This document shows, one piece after another, positions 8,288 to 16,397 of a stretch of 25,182 nucleotides of DNA. The stretch spans positions 1-25,182 of IMG/VR virus record IMGVR_UViG_3300020045_009151, one strand, 5' to 3'. Position 1 is the first letter of the stretch. The number at the start of each line of letters is the position of its first letter. The position numbers and the translations under genes are program-made. Under the pieces are notes generated by a model. It did no database searches, was not told the origin of the DNA, and saw only the letters and a program-made list of their open reading frames with translations. Source of the DNA: a virus (Duplodnaviria; Caudoviricetes).

Positions 8288-8405
8288 TTGAATTTTTCAA
8301 ATATTTATGCATAGTCATATTTCGCGGATAGACCGGCCAGTCGAAAAGAGGGTTTCCCTCCTCCTTCCGCGAAATTCATATGGGAACCCCAGAGAAGGAG
8401 GGGGT
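8288..8405 (+). promoter_or_regulatory. promoter plus structured 5' leader (three-way junction with alternative anti-SD pairing)
   Basis: TTGAAT-16 nt-CATAGT; P1 8319-28/8366-75 is a perfect 10-bp stem; P2 GAC/GTC; P3 GAGG/CCTC; 8357-67 is complementary to SD region 8394-8404. Confidence 0.6.
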
Positions 8406-9143
8406 ATGTATTGCGTTTATATTCACAAGCGGAAAAGCGACCTTACGCCATTTTATGTTGGCAAAGGCAAGCCACAAAGGCCTTATAGTAAAGTTGGGCG
8501 TAACCAGAGGTGGCATAGAACAGTTTTAAAGCATGGTATTATTTACCAGATTGTTAAGTCTGGGATGCCAGAGCCTTGCGCCTTTTCTCTTGAAAAATCC
8601 CTTATTCACGCTTTGGGCAAACAACGCCTTTGCAATATGACAAATGGCGGAGAAGGGACAAGTGGTCGTATCCCTTCAGATCAGCAACGCGAGAAATGCT
8701 CCAGAAGCAACAAGGGTAGAAAGCCATCACCCCATTCAATAGCATTGGCAAAAAAGAAAAACTCTAAGCCTATTGCAACGCGGTGTGGCTTGAGGTTTTC
8801 AAGCGTAACTGATGCAGCCAAATTTGTCAGTTTTGACAACTGGGAAACCGCTAAGGTTAGTATTAGCTTTTGTGCTAATGGTGAAACTAATCATTCGTAT
8901 GGATACGAATGGGGTTTTATTGAAAACGGCGAAGCGAATTTTTGCTATGTTAATAAAATGAGCCAGCCGCGCCCCAAAAGGTGGAAACCGGTTACATGCT
9001 CTAACGGAATGGAATTTGCATCGCTTCGCCACGCTGTTGATTGGCTTCAGCAAAATGGCAACCCTAAAGCAAATACTGGCGCGATTTGCCGTTCTTTAAA
9101 ACTTGGCGGGAATGCTTATGGGATGAGGTGGTTTTATGTCTGA
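8406..9143 (+). CDS. free-standing GIY-YIG homing endonuclease with NUMOD3/NUMOD1-like DNA-binding repeats
   Basis: YCVYIH...FYVGKG...R...LE...NMTNGGEG; two C-terminal KP(I/V)...F.S...A...YG..W repeats; AAGGAGG SD before ATG 8406; AT-rich. Confidence 0.85.
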   Translation: MYCVYIHKRKSDLTPFYVGKGKPQRPYSKVGRNQRWHRTVLKHGIIYQIVKSGMPEPCAFSLEKSLIHALGKQRLCNMTNGGEGTSGRIPSDQQREKCSRSNKGRKPSPHSIALAKKKNSKPIATRCGLRFSSVTDAAKFVSFDNWETAKVSISFCANGETNHSYGYEWGFIENGEANFCYVNKMSQPRPKRWKPVTCSNGMEFASLRHAVDWLQQNGNPKANTGAICRSLKLGGNAYGMRWFYV

Positions 9144-10959
9144 GCTACGCCCCTATCAATCCGAGGCAGTAGAAGCCACTAAAGAATGGGTGCGCGCCAG
9201 CATATCCCCATGCCTAATTGAGGCTGCGACTGGGGCGGGGAAAAGCCACATTATAGCATCGCTGGCGAATTGGCTTCATACAACAAGCCGAGGTAAGCGC
9301 GTCCTATGCCTTGCTCCTAGTGCGGAATTGGTAAAGCAAAACCATGCAAAATACGTTGCTACTGGCGAAAGCGCGTCAATTTTTAGCGCTAGTGCTGGAA
9401 TTAAATCAACTCGCCATAAAGTTATTTTTGCAACTCCCGGGACTGTTAAAAACGCAATTAGCCGTTTTTGCAAGCAAGGCGCTGATGGCTTTTGCGCAAT
9501 CGTAATCGATGAGGCTCACACCATTGCACCTACAGTGATTGCGATTATTGACGCGATGCGCAAAGGTAATCCTAATTTGCGCGTTATAGGGTTATCCGCT
9601 ACTCCGTTTAAGCTTGGTAAAGGCTATATTTACCGGATAGGATCTGACAATAAAGCCAACGGGGATGACGTTTGCCGTGATCCGTATTTTGCCAAATGCA
9701 CTTATCGAATTGATGCTCGTTCGCTAATTGAACAAGGTTATTTAACGAAACCAATTATTGGCGCAATTAATTCTAGCTCATACGACACGAGCGGGTTGAG
9801 ATTGCTACCTAATGGTAAATTTGACCCCGAAAGCGTTGATCAAGCATTCGTAGGCCATGGTAGGAAAACGGCTGCAATTGTGGCGGATGTTGTGGGACAG
9901 TCTCAAGGTAGGCATGGCGTTGTATTTTTTGCCTCTACAGTTCGTCACGCTGAGGAAATTATGGCTAGTTTACCCCCAGAGCGTTCTGGGATTGTTACTG
10001 GAGTAAGCGCCGACAGAGGGAAAATTCTAGAGCAATTTGAAGAAAAAAAACTAAAATACCTTGTTAATGTAGGGGTTCTAACGACAGGTTGGGATTGCCC
10101 GCATGTTGACGTTGTTGCGATTTTGCGCCGCACAGAAAGCGTTGGGTTATTACAGCAGATTATTGGGCGTGGGCTTAGGCTTTCACCAATGAAGCGCGAT
10201 TGTGTCATCTTGGACTATGCAAACAATCTTGAAACACACTGCCCCGATGGAGATTTATTCGCGCCGATCATAAAAGCAAAAGGCGCTGGCGGCGCTGGCG
10301 AGATGATTGAGGCCGAATGCCCAGACTGCGCTCATAAGAATGAATTTCGCTTGCATGGCGACTATGTTGATTATCAGCGCGACAAGCATGGATATTGCCT
10401 AGATGTGTTTGGGGGCCAGATACAGACCGAACACGGCCCCTTGCCTGCCCACTATGGGCGCCGATGCTTTGGCTTGATCCAGACCGGCCCCAAGGGCGAA
10501 TACGAGCGCTGTAATTATCGTTGGACGGGTAAGGAATGCCCGCATTGCGGCGAGGTGAACGATATTGCGGCGCGGTTTTGCTATGTGTGCAAGGGGGAGA
10601 TTGTAGACCCTAACGAAAAGCTTGTGGCTGACTTTAAGGCCATGAAGCGCGACCCAACGCGCCTGCAAACCGATGTTGTGATCTCGATGACGACAAAGGA
10701 AAGCATAAGCCAGCGCGGCAACAAAACTTTGCAAGTCAATTGGGTAACTCCCTATCGGCAATTTAGCGTGTGGTTTTTGCCTGAGGCGACCCATAGCAAG
10801 GGCATGAAAGAATATGCGCGGTTTGCAGGCGCTACGATGTTTGGCGAAGTGCCGAAAACCATAACCTACCGCAAGAACGAGGCGACCAGCTTTTTCGAGA
10901 TGGTGGCCTATAACCAGCCAGCCGACGAAGAGCCAGCCATAAAGGAGACTGCCCAATGA
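9136..10959 (+). CDS. SF2 DEAH helicase, RadD/YejH-like, with C-terminal zinc-binding motifs
   Basis: AATGAGKS, IDEAH, LSATP, VLTTGWD, QIIGRGLR; CPDC, CPHC/CYVC. Confidence 0.93.
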   Translation: MSELRPYQSEAVEATKEWVRASISPCLIEAATGAGKSHIIASLANWLHTTSRGKRVLCLAPSAELVKQNHAKYVATGESASIFSASAGIKSTRHKVIFATPGTVKNAISRFCKQGADGFCAIVIDEAHTIAPTVIAIIDAMRKGNPNLRVIGLSATPFKLGKGYIYRIGSDNKANGDDVCRDPYFAKCTYRIDARSLIEQGYLTKPIIGAINSSSYDTSGLRLLPNGKFDPESVDQAFVGHGRKTAAIVADVVGQSQGRHGVVFFASTVRHAEEIMASLPPERSGIVTGVSADRGKILEQFEEKKLKYLVNVGVLTTGWDCPHVDVVAILRRTESVGLLQQIIGRGLRLSPMKRDCVILDYANNLETHCPDGDLFAPIIKAKGAGGAGEMIEAECPDCAHKNEFRLHGDYVDYQRDKHGYCLDVFGGQIQTEHGPLPAHYGRRCFGLIQTGPKGEYERCNYRWTGKECPHCGEVNDIAARFCYVCKGEIVDPNEKLVADFKAMKRDPTRLQTDVVISMTTKESISQRGNKTLQVNWVTPYRQFSVWFLPEATHSKGMKEYARFAGATMFGEVPKTITYRKNEATSFFEMVAYNQPADEEPAIKETAQ

Positions 10960-11369
10960 AGCTAACCACCTGTCCCGTGCCGATCTGGGGAGATACGTCC
11001 TTTCGCGGGAAGTGCCACAAAGAGGAAATCGAGCAGGCCAGCTTTTTTAGCCGGTTGCGGCGGGAATATCCCGACACTTGGGGGGTAATCGCCCTGCACC
11101 CGCGCAATGAGGGGCTAAAGACTGGAGGGCAATTTTCATCCATCAACAAGCACAAGATCGAAGGCATGGCCAAAGGCGCGGCTGACATTGTGATCCCTGC
11201 GGCCAAGTCTTTTGTGTGCGAATTGAAGCGGCGCAACCATACGTTGTCGGCTTGGCAGGATGGCCAGCAAGAGTATCTAGAGGCCTGCGCAGAGGCTGGG
11301 GCTTTTGCCTGCGTTGCATTGGGCGCGGAAGCTGCGTGGGAAGCATTTGAGGCTTGGCTGGATGCGTGA
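10956..11369 (+). CDS. VRR-NUC nuclease (putative Holliday junction resolvase)
   Basis: EEIEQ, HPRNEG, G..KGAADI, FVCELKR, Q..YL PD-(D/E)xK pattern; ATGA coupling to the helicase. Confidence 0.85.
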   Translation: MKLTTCPVPIWGDTSFRGKCHKEEIEQASFFSRLRREYPDTWGVIALHPRNEGLKTGGQFSSINKHKIEGMAKGAADIVIPAAKSFVCELKRRNHTLSAWQDGQQEYLEACAEAGAFACVALGAEAAWEAFEAWLDA

Positions 11370-11625
11370 CCTATTCTCGCCTGTAGCGCCCGCCAAGCGT
11401 GGCCAATGGCCATCAGAGCAGCTTGCGGATTACCTTACCGGCAGGGTTGATCCCGATGACGTGGCGTCCCCGATCAAGAGTTGGGCCGCGTTCTTTATCC
11501 ATGACGCTGCCAAGCAAGTGATGGCCATCGACACACGTGAAAAAAGGCGGGCTGCACTAGGCAAAGTCCCGCCTCATATTCGTCCATTGGTGGAGAAAGA
11601 GGTTATGCGGTTGTGGGGTGCTTAG
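11362..11625 (+). CDS. hypothetical phage protein
   Basis: ATG 11362 overlaps the VRR-NUC end; ends RRAALGKVPPHIRPLVEKEVMRLW. Confidence 0.7.
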   Translation: MRDLFSPVAPAKRGQWPSEQLADYLTGRVDPDDVASPIKSWAAFFIHDAAKQVMAIDTREKRRAALGKVPPHIRPLVEKEVMRLWGA

Positions 11626-11636
11626 ACCCCACGCCA

Positions 11637-12257
11637 TTACCCAACCTTCCGCGCCTCAATAATCGCGCAACCCAGCTTCCATACCGCGATGACAACCGCG
11701 TTGTGATCCATCTTTTCGTTCATTGCTACGCCATCCTTATCTAGCACGAAGTTGCCCATGCCGTTGACGTAGCACTTCTCGCCGCCTTTGATGACGTCCA
11801 CGTTGATAATCCGATCCGATGGAAAGGGCAGGGGCGGCTTGGGTTGCTCTTTTATTGCCAGATGTGGCTTAGGCTGTAGAAGTTCGACCTTGATTGGCTG
11901 ATTTAGCCGTTCTGGATCCTTGCCACAATAAAAGATATAGTTTGGCCCAATTTCACGTGCGCGCTTTTCGATATTGGCCACCAGACCAGCAAAGCTAGGA
12001 TCATGGGCCAGCTTGCGTTTAGCCTCATGGTATGAGTGAATGATGGTGGAATGATCCCTACCCCCCAGCCGATAACCAATTGTCGGATATGACAAGCTTG
12101 GCGGGTTGTTTTCCTTTGCCACCAAGATAATCGCTTGCCGTATTCTCACCAACGCAGGCTTGCGGGACTGGCCCATAATATCGCTGCGGGCTTGGCCAGT
12201 TATTTCCATCGCCGCTAAGGTGATTGCGCCGACTGCGAGAATTGTTGTGTCTGTCAT
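11637..12257 (-). CDS. DnaA C-terminal (domain IV) HTH protein
   Basis: DIMGQSRKPALVRIRQ...SYPTIGYRLGGRDHSTIIHS matches the Bac_DnaA_C signature; no AAA+ domain. Confidence 0.88.
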   Translation of the reverse strand: MTDTTILAVGAITLAAMEITGQARSDIMGQSRKPALVRIRQAIILVAKENNPPSLSYPTIGYRLGGRDHSTIIHSYHEAKRKLAHDPSFAGLVANIEKRAREIGPNYIFYCGKDPERLNQPIKVELLQPKPHLAIKEQPKPPLPFPSDRIINVDVIKGGEKCYVNGMGNFVLDKDGVAMNEKMDHNAVVIAVWKLGCAIIEARKVG

Positions 12258-12448
12258 GGTTGTTCCGTCCTAAGCCGGTGCGAATGACCAGCGTTTCCGA
12301 TAAGATTGCGCGCTCTCCGCGTCCAGTGTTCTGCACTACGGGGAGGCCTGCGGGCTTGGCCCTCGCATCGGCGGTAGAGAACGTCCTCCACCGCGGTTAG
12401 GAGCGATTGGCCGCTATGAGTGCGGGATAGTTCTGTTAGCCAGTGCAT
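12254..12448 (-). CDS. hypothetical protein
   Basis: Overlaps both neighbours; GGAG upstream. Confidence 0.5.
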   Translation of the reverse strand: MHWLTELSRTHSGQSLLTAVEDVLYRRCEGQARRPPRSAEHWTRRARNLIGNAGHSHRLRTEQP

Positions 12449-13098
12449 GGGCTGGTCTCCATAAACATATCGCCTTGCCGATGGGCATCCTCGATCCGTT
12501 TGCAGGCAATGTCGAAATACTTATGTTCGCGCTCGATTCCTATGAAGTCGCGGCCCATTTGAACGGCTGCAACGCCGGTTGTGCCGCTACCCATGAAGGG
12601 GTCTAGGATGGTGCCTCGCGTCCAATCACAAACTGCCCGCATTAATTGTACTGGCTTTTCGGTAGGATGGTATCCGTTCCCAGTTCTAGGGGCGCGAATA
12701 ACGTCAGTAGGGCGTCCTTTAGGAAAGTCGTGATTTTCACATGGGTAGAATAGGCAAATTTCAGTCTGCCGCCCATGCTCATGCTCAAGGTCGCCCATTG
12801 AATGATTATTCTTCACCCATGTGACAACGCTCTTGGGCTTAGGCACTGCAAAAAGGTTATCCCAGCGGCAAAACACATAGCGCGAATGGCTGGCTGGTAG
12901 GCTGCAGGCCCAAATCAAAAGCTCCTCAGTATCATCATTTGCAATCGCAAGATGCTTCTCAATCCTATAATTACTCTGAAAGTTCATTCCAAACGGCGGA
13001 TCAGTAACCACCGCATCAACCTTGCCTAATGTCGGCAAAATATCACGGCAATCGCCCAAATAGAGCGTTGCGCGACCAATGGTGACCGGCTCAACCAC
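12436..13098 (-). CDS. orphan beta-class N6-adenine/N4-cytosine DNA methyltransferase
   Basis: LYLGDC, VTDPPF, HPTEKP, LDPFMGSGTTG; probable GTG start 13098 after GGAG; no adjacent restriction nuclease. Confidence 0.92.
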   Translation of the reverse strand: MVEPVTIGRATLYLGDCRDILPTLGKVDAVVTDPPFGMNFQSNYRIEKHLAIANDDTEELLIWACSLPASHSRYVFCRWDNLFAVPKPKSVVTWVKNNHSMGDLEHEHGRQTEICLFYPCENHDFPKGRPTDVIRAPRTGNGYHPTEKPVQLMRAVCDWTRGTILDPFMGSGTTGVAAVQMGRDFIGIEREHKYFDIACKRIEDAHRQGDMFMETSPCTG

Positions 13099-13288
13099 AA
13101 GCCTTCTCCATTTCACTCAAAGCAGCTTGCGCCCGCTCATACTTGGCCAGCGTGATTGTCTTTCCGCGCTCTAGGTCTGACAGGACTTTGCCGCCGCCTA
13201 GCACTTTGGCTGATAGGGTTGATGGGGCGCGGTTCAGCTTTTTTGCCAAAGCATGAATGCGGGCGATCAGTTGTTGGGTTTCAGTCAT
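13091..13288 (-). CDS. Cro-like HTH regulator
   Basis: APSTLSAKVLGGGKVLSDLERGKTITLAKYE resembles alphaproteobacterial phage Cro-like proteins; first gene of a divergent operon. Confidence 0.7.
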   Translation of the reverse strand: MTETQQLIARIHALAKKLNRAPSTLSAKVLGGGKVLSDLERGKTITLAKYERAQAALSEMEKACG

Positions 13289-13294
13289 GCGCAA

Positions 13295-13386
13295 TGTATG
13301 TAGCGCTTAACTAGATTGGTCAAGATAAAAATATGTCGCTTGCTACGCGATTTTGTGTTGACACGTTAAACGCTACAGCCCATAAG
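13295..13386. promoter_or_regulatory. divergent promoters with three related 14-bp operator-like sites
   Basis: Plus strand TTGACA(13358)-17-CATAAG; minus strand TTGACC(13323)-17-CATACA; sites at 13299-312, 13334-347 and 13364-377 relate to TGTAGC-N2-GCTACA. Confidence 0.7.
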
Positions 13387-13420
13387 TGACGCATCAGCAA
13401 CGCACCGAATGGAGCGCATA

Positions 13421-13702
13421 ATGACCAAAATCCAATCACACTTTGAAATGGAAATCCAGCGCGGGGATGACTGCTTTGACGCGGTTATCTACTACACTGC
13501 CGAGCGCCATTGGAAGGACGAAGGCACAGAACTAACCATCGACAGCGCAGAGCGTGACGGGGTGGAGTTTGAATTGACCGATGCCGAGGAAGCCGCCGCA
13601 CTGAGCGCCGCCAAGGGCAAGGTTGATGATGACTGGCAGGATCAATTCGATCAGGAGGCGGATTACCGCTATGATCTGGCGCGCGAAAGGGATGACCTGT
13701 AA
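13421..13702 (+). CDS. acidic hypothetical early protein
   Basis: GGAG RBS; first gene after the TTGACA promoter. Confidence 0.75.
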   Translation: MTKIQSHFEMEIQRGDDCFDAVIYYTAERHWKDEGTELTIDSAERDGVEFELTDAEEAAALSAAKGKVDDDWQDQFDQEADYRYDLARERDDL

Positions 13703-13872
13703 TGGGCTTTCACCACACATTCACCGAACCGCACCAGCCAGATGATGCGCATGAGGCTTACTGGCAAGCGCATTGCGAATTGCAGCGCGCCAAGTCGGCA
13801 TATGACAAGGCCCGCGAGATTGAACAGCAACGCCGCGCCGATCTGGCTGGCTGGATTAGGGAGTTGGTTTGA
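13702..13872 (+). CDS. hypothetical 56-aa protein
   Basis: Hand-found MGFHHTFTEPHQPDD...WIRELV; TAATG and TGATG coupling. Confidence 0.65.
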   Translation: MGFHHTFTEPHQPDDAHEAYWQAHCELQRAKSAYDKAREIEQQRRADLAGWIRELV

Positions 13873-14006
13873 TGGCCATTCTAGCAATTATTGCCGCATT
13901 TTTCGGCTGGATTGCCGTTTCGATTATCGCAGGCAGCTTGATTGGCAGGGCTGTTAGCCGGATGGCTGATGATTGTGATGATACGGATTATGAGGGCTTC
14001 TTATGA
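13872..14006 (+). CDS. 44-aa single-TM membrane protein
   Basis: Hand-found [44 protein letters not shown]; coupled at both ends. Confidence 0.65.
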   Translation: MAILAIIAAFFGWIAVSIIAGSLIGRAVSRMADDCDDTDYEGFL

Positions 14007-14098
14007 CCCGCCAATTCGCCGCCAATCTGGCGCTTACTGTTTTTGCCGTGTCATCCCCGTGGTGGTCGCTGGCTTTGTTGAAGTGGATTGTGATGTGA
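14003..14098 (+). CDS. 31-aa hydrophobic peptide
   Basis: [31 protein letters not shown]; ATGA and GTGA overlaps. Confidence 0.5.
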   Translation: MTRQFAANLALTVFAVSSPWWSLALLKWIVM

Positions 14099-14718
14099 AC
14101 CTAGAAAAATTTGACGTCCGCAACCGATGGACGAATGCCGTTCAATTTACAGCAGAGATTGAAGTCACGCCGGATATGACCTCCCGCGTAAAACTCGGCT
14201 TGGCTATCAAGTGGGCAGCAAAATCGGGGGCTAACCTGTCGGGGGCTGACCTGTCGCGGGCTAACCTGTCGGGGGCTGACCTGTCGGGGGCTTACCTGTC
14301 GCGGGCTGACCTGTCGGGGGCTGACCTGTCGCGGGCTGACCTGTCGCGGGCTGACCTGTCGGGGGCTTACCTGTCGGGGGCTAAAAGCGCGGATTTGGCT
14401 ATCGCCAAAACCCGCATCCTGCCCGAGGGGTCTTTGATTGGCTGGAAGAAGTGCAGGGATGGCGTGATCGTCAAGCTGCGCATCCCAGAGGAATCGCCAC
14501 GCTCACACGCATTTGGCCGCAAGTGCCGCGCCCAATTTGCTGATGTGCTGGAAGTGATCGGCGCTGATATTGGTGTTTCCAGTCACGACCCGAAATTCAC
14601 TTACGAAGCCGGTGAGCGTGTCGAGGCCGGGAACTGGTCTGACAACTGGCAGGATGAATGCGCGGGCGGCGTCCACTTCTTCATCAATCGCCTCGAAGCG
14701 GAGGATTACGTCATATGA
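14095..14718 (+). CDS. pentapeptide-repeat protein with DUF5758-like C-terminal domain
   Basis: 10x A(D/N/Y)LS(G/R); C-terminal [10 protein letters not shown]...GRKCRA...ECAGGVHFF. Confidence 0.88.
   Translation: MNLEKFDVRNRWTNAVQFTAEIEVTPDMTSRVKLGLAIKWAAKSGANLSGADLSRANLSGADLSGAYLSRADLSGADLSRADLSRADLSGAYLSGAKSADLAIAKTRILPEGSLIGWKKCRDGVIVKLRIPEESPRSHAFGRKCRAQFADVLEVIGADIGVSSHDPKFTYEAGERVEAGNWSDNWQDECAGGVHFFINRLEAEDYVI
14230..14379 (+). repeat. 10 x 15-bp tandem repeat GCT(G/A/T)ACCTGTCG(G/C)GG
   Basis: Read directly from the sequence; encodes the pentapeptide repeats. Confidence 0.95.
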
Positions 14719-14843
14719 ACCCCGCCCAACACTGCACCAACACCCCGCACCGCGTTAACCCGCCTACGTCTTGGCCCTTGTGTAATGCAGTAGGCCAGAC
14801 TTGGGCAGAGGTAAAAGTTAACCAGCAGAAGAAGGAAGATTGA
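14715..14843 (+). CDS. hypothetical 42-aa protein
   Basis: ATGA overlap; fills the gap. Confidence 0.45.
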   Translation: MNPAQHCTNTPHRVNPPTSWPLCNAVGQTWAEVKVNQQKKED

Positions 14844-14844
14844 T

Positions 14845-15120
14845 ATGTTTGGATTTGGAAACAAGAAGCTGCGGGCTGAATTGGCCGAGGCGCGGGAGTT
14901 GGCGGAAAGCTGGCAAGTTAAGGCCAACGCTACTTTCTTGAACTGGAAGGAGGCGGAACAAGACCTCGCCACCAGCCGCGCCGAACTATCCGCCATCAAG
15001 GCCGCCGATGCCGCCCGCCGTGCAAGGAAGGCTGAGACCGACAATCTGCGTAGGGAGGCGAAGAAAGTAAAAGCCGCCGCAATGGATGAACTTATCGCAA
15101 GCACGGCTGGGGAGATTTGA
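14845..15120 (+). CDS. hypothetical coiled-coil protein
   Basis: AAGGA RBS; Ala/Glu/Lys-rich helical sequence. Confidence 0.7.
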   Translation: MFGFGNKKLRAELAEARELAESWQVKANATFLNWKEAEQDLATSRAELSAIKAADAARRARKAETDNLRREAKKVKAAAMDELIASTAGEI

Positions 15121-15122
15121 GG

Positions 15123-15332
15123 ATGGCTGATAATCCGCAGGCGTTCCCACGAACTATACAGCAATGGAATGGGCATTTGACCGCACGAGAAGGCATGACC
15201 CTGCGCGATTGGTTTGCAGGGCAGGCTTTGGCCGTCATTGGAAACTCTAGTTGCCCCAGTGAACATGCCTTTTTCGCCTACGAACTGGCCGACGCCATGC
15301 TTGCCGAGCGCGCGAAAGATGGTGACGCATGA
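15123..15332 (+). CDS. conserved small phage protein (GMTLRDWFAGQAL family)
   Basis: AFP...GMTLRDWFAGQAL...AYELADAMLAER pattern, widespread in phage early regions. Confidence 0.85.
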   Translation: MADNPQAFPRTIQQWNGHLTAREGMTLRDWFAGQALAVIGNSSCPSEHAFFAYELADAMLAERAKDGDA

Positions 15333-15505
15333 TCCAACAAGCCCGCATGGAATACGCCGCCACGTTTTCGGAAAGCCACACTTGGCGCGTTAGGGTGCTG
15401 CGGGGGGAGTGTGATACTTCCCCGCGCTTGCAGGAGATACTGGCTAGGTTGGAGGCGCAAGCCAAAGCCAAGGCCAAATATGTGGAGGCAAAAGATGCCA
15501 GTTGA
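15329..15505 (+). CDS. hypothetical 58-aa protein
   Basis: Hand-found MIQQARMEYAATF...; ATGA overlap. Confidence 0.55.
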   Translation: MIQQARMEYAATFSESHTWRVRVLRGECDTSPRLQEILARLEAQAKAKAKYVEAKDAS

Positions 15506-15680
15506 CAAGCCCCCAAGTGGCGCATACTCTGCGCACACAAGCCACGCTGATTTGATGGATAACACCGACTTGGCCGAACTTGGCAAGGCGGTTAGGCTTA
15601 TCGGCGAGGGACGCAAGATCAAGCGCAAGGTGCAAAACCGCCTACGGATGCGCGCTGCTAGAGCAAAGGATAGGTTATGA
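15495..15680 (+). CDS. hypothetical basic protein
   Basis: GGAGG RBS before ATG 15495. Confidence 0.65.
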   Translation: MPVDKPPSGAYSAHTSHADLMDNTDLAELGKAVRLIGEGRKIKRKVQNRLRMRAARAKDRL

Positions 15681-15928
15681 CGGAACCGAATACCATGCAC
15701 GTAGCATTTTCCCACCTCGGCACCATCCGCAAATGGTCGACCGAGCCTTTTGTGGGCAGCGTGGAATACGCCCGCACACCTACGCCCCAGCCTGTCGCCA
15801 CATCACTATGGCAGCAAGCCGAAGCCATTGCCAACGCATGGTGGAGCGGTGGCCGCGAGAAGGCTGCGGAGGCTTTGCGAGGGGTTCTAGCCGCCCTCCC
15901 CGACGCACCAGAGGGAGAAGGGCTGTGA
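15677..15928 (+). CDS. hypothetical protein
   Basis: ATGA/GTGA coupling. Confidence 0.65.
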   Translation: MTEPNTMHVAFSHLGTIRKWSTEPFVGSVEYARTPTPQPVATSLWQQAEAIANAWWSGGREKAAEALRGVLAALPDAPEGEGL

Positions 15929-16197
15929 GGAATTGGCAGGTCGATGCGCCGCGTGTGATCGCGCAAATCCATCAAGACAACCCCAGCATGACGCCGGACG
16001 ATCTGCGCAAGGAACTGCGCAAGCATGGCCAGCAATTCAGCATGGGCACGTCATGGGGCAAGAAGGTCTGGCAGAAGCATTGCCGGAAGTATCTGGCTCA
16101 CATGGCGGGCGCAAAGCAGCCTGCGCCCACGCAAGGCTGGCCTGCGGATATTGCGTTCCCTTTCCGCGCCTCCCCACCACAAAACGGGGGAGAGTGA
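15925..16197 (+). CDS. hypothetical protein
   Basis: GTG start after GGAG; MRNWQVDAPRVIA...WGKKVW. Confidence 0.65.
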   Translation: MRNWQVDAPRVIAQIHQDNPSMTPDDLRKELRKHGQQFSMGTSWGKKVWQKHCRKYLAHMAGAKQPAPTQGWPADIAFPFRASPPQNGGE

Positions 16198-16199
16198 GG

Positions 16200-16397
16200 A
16201 TGGCGGAGAAATACACATTCAGCGCCGAAGCGCCGATCTGCCCGTATTGCGACCGCGCTCAAATCCATGATGGCGGGTATTTCTACAACGAAGATTTGAC
16301 TGAAACCGAATGCGGCCATTGCGACAAGGTGTTTTCGGTTGAGGTTTACACATCAACCAATTGGACTTGCACCACGATAGAGGAACCCACCCCATGA
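16200..16397 (+). CDS. small zinc-ribbon protein
   Basis: CPYC...CGHC; GGAG RBS. Confidence 0.75.
   Translation: MAEKYTFSAEAPICPYCDRAQIHDGGYFYNEDLTETECGHCDKVFSVEVYTSTNWTCTTIEEPTP

Noticed and set aside
8319-8375. Hammerhead ribozyme (stem-GAAA-stem junction)
   Set aside because: The CUGANGA core is absent; kept only as an unassigned structured leader.
8284-9143. Group I intron or intein hosting the endonuclease
   Set aside because: The flanking exonuclease and helicase ORFs are complete; no intron core or intein motifs recognised.
11637-12257. Chromosomal dnaA
   Set aside because: Only domain IV is present, with no AAA+ domain, in a phage context.
12436-13098. Restriction-modification system or ccrM
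   Set aside because: No adjacent endonuclease; the protein lacks the CcrM C-terminal domain and its specificity is not inferable.
13942-14094. Upstream extension of the pentapeptide ORF (likewise 8307, 2202, 15580, 15933, 21378 starts)
   Set aside because: These longest-ORF starts overlap other coupled genes or leaders; downstream starts have an SD or stop-start overlap.
14230-14379. CRISPR array or DGR variable region
   Set aside because: Contiguous in-frame coding repeats with no spacers; variation includes G/C; no cas or reverse transcriptase gene seen.
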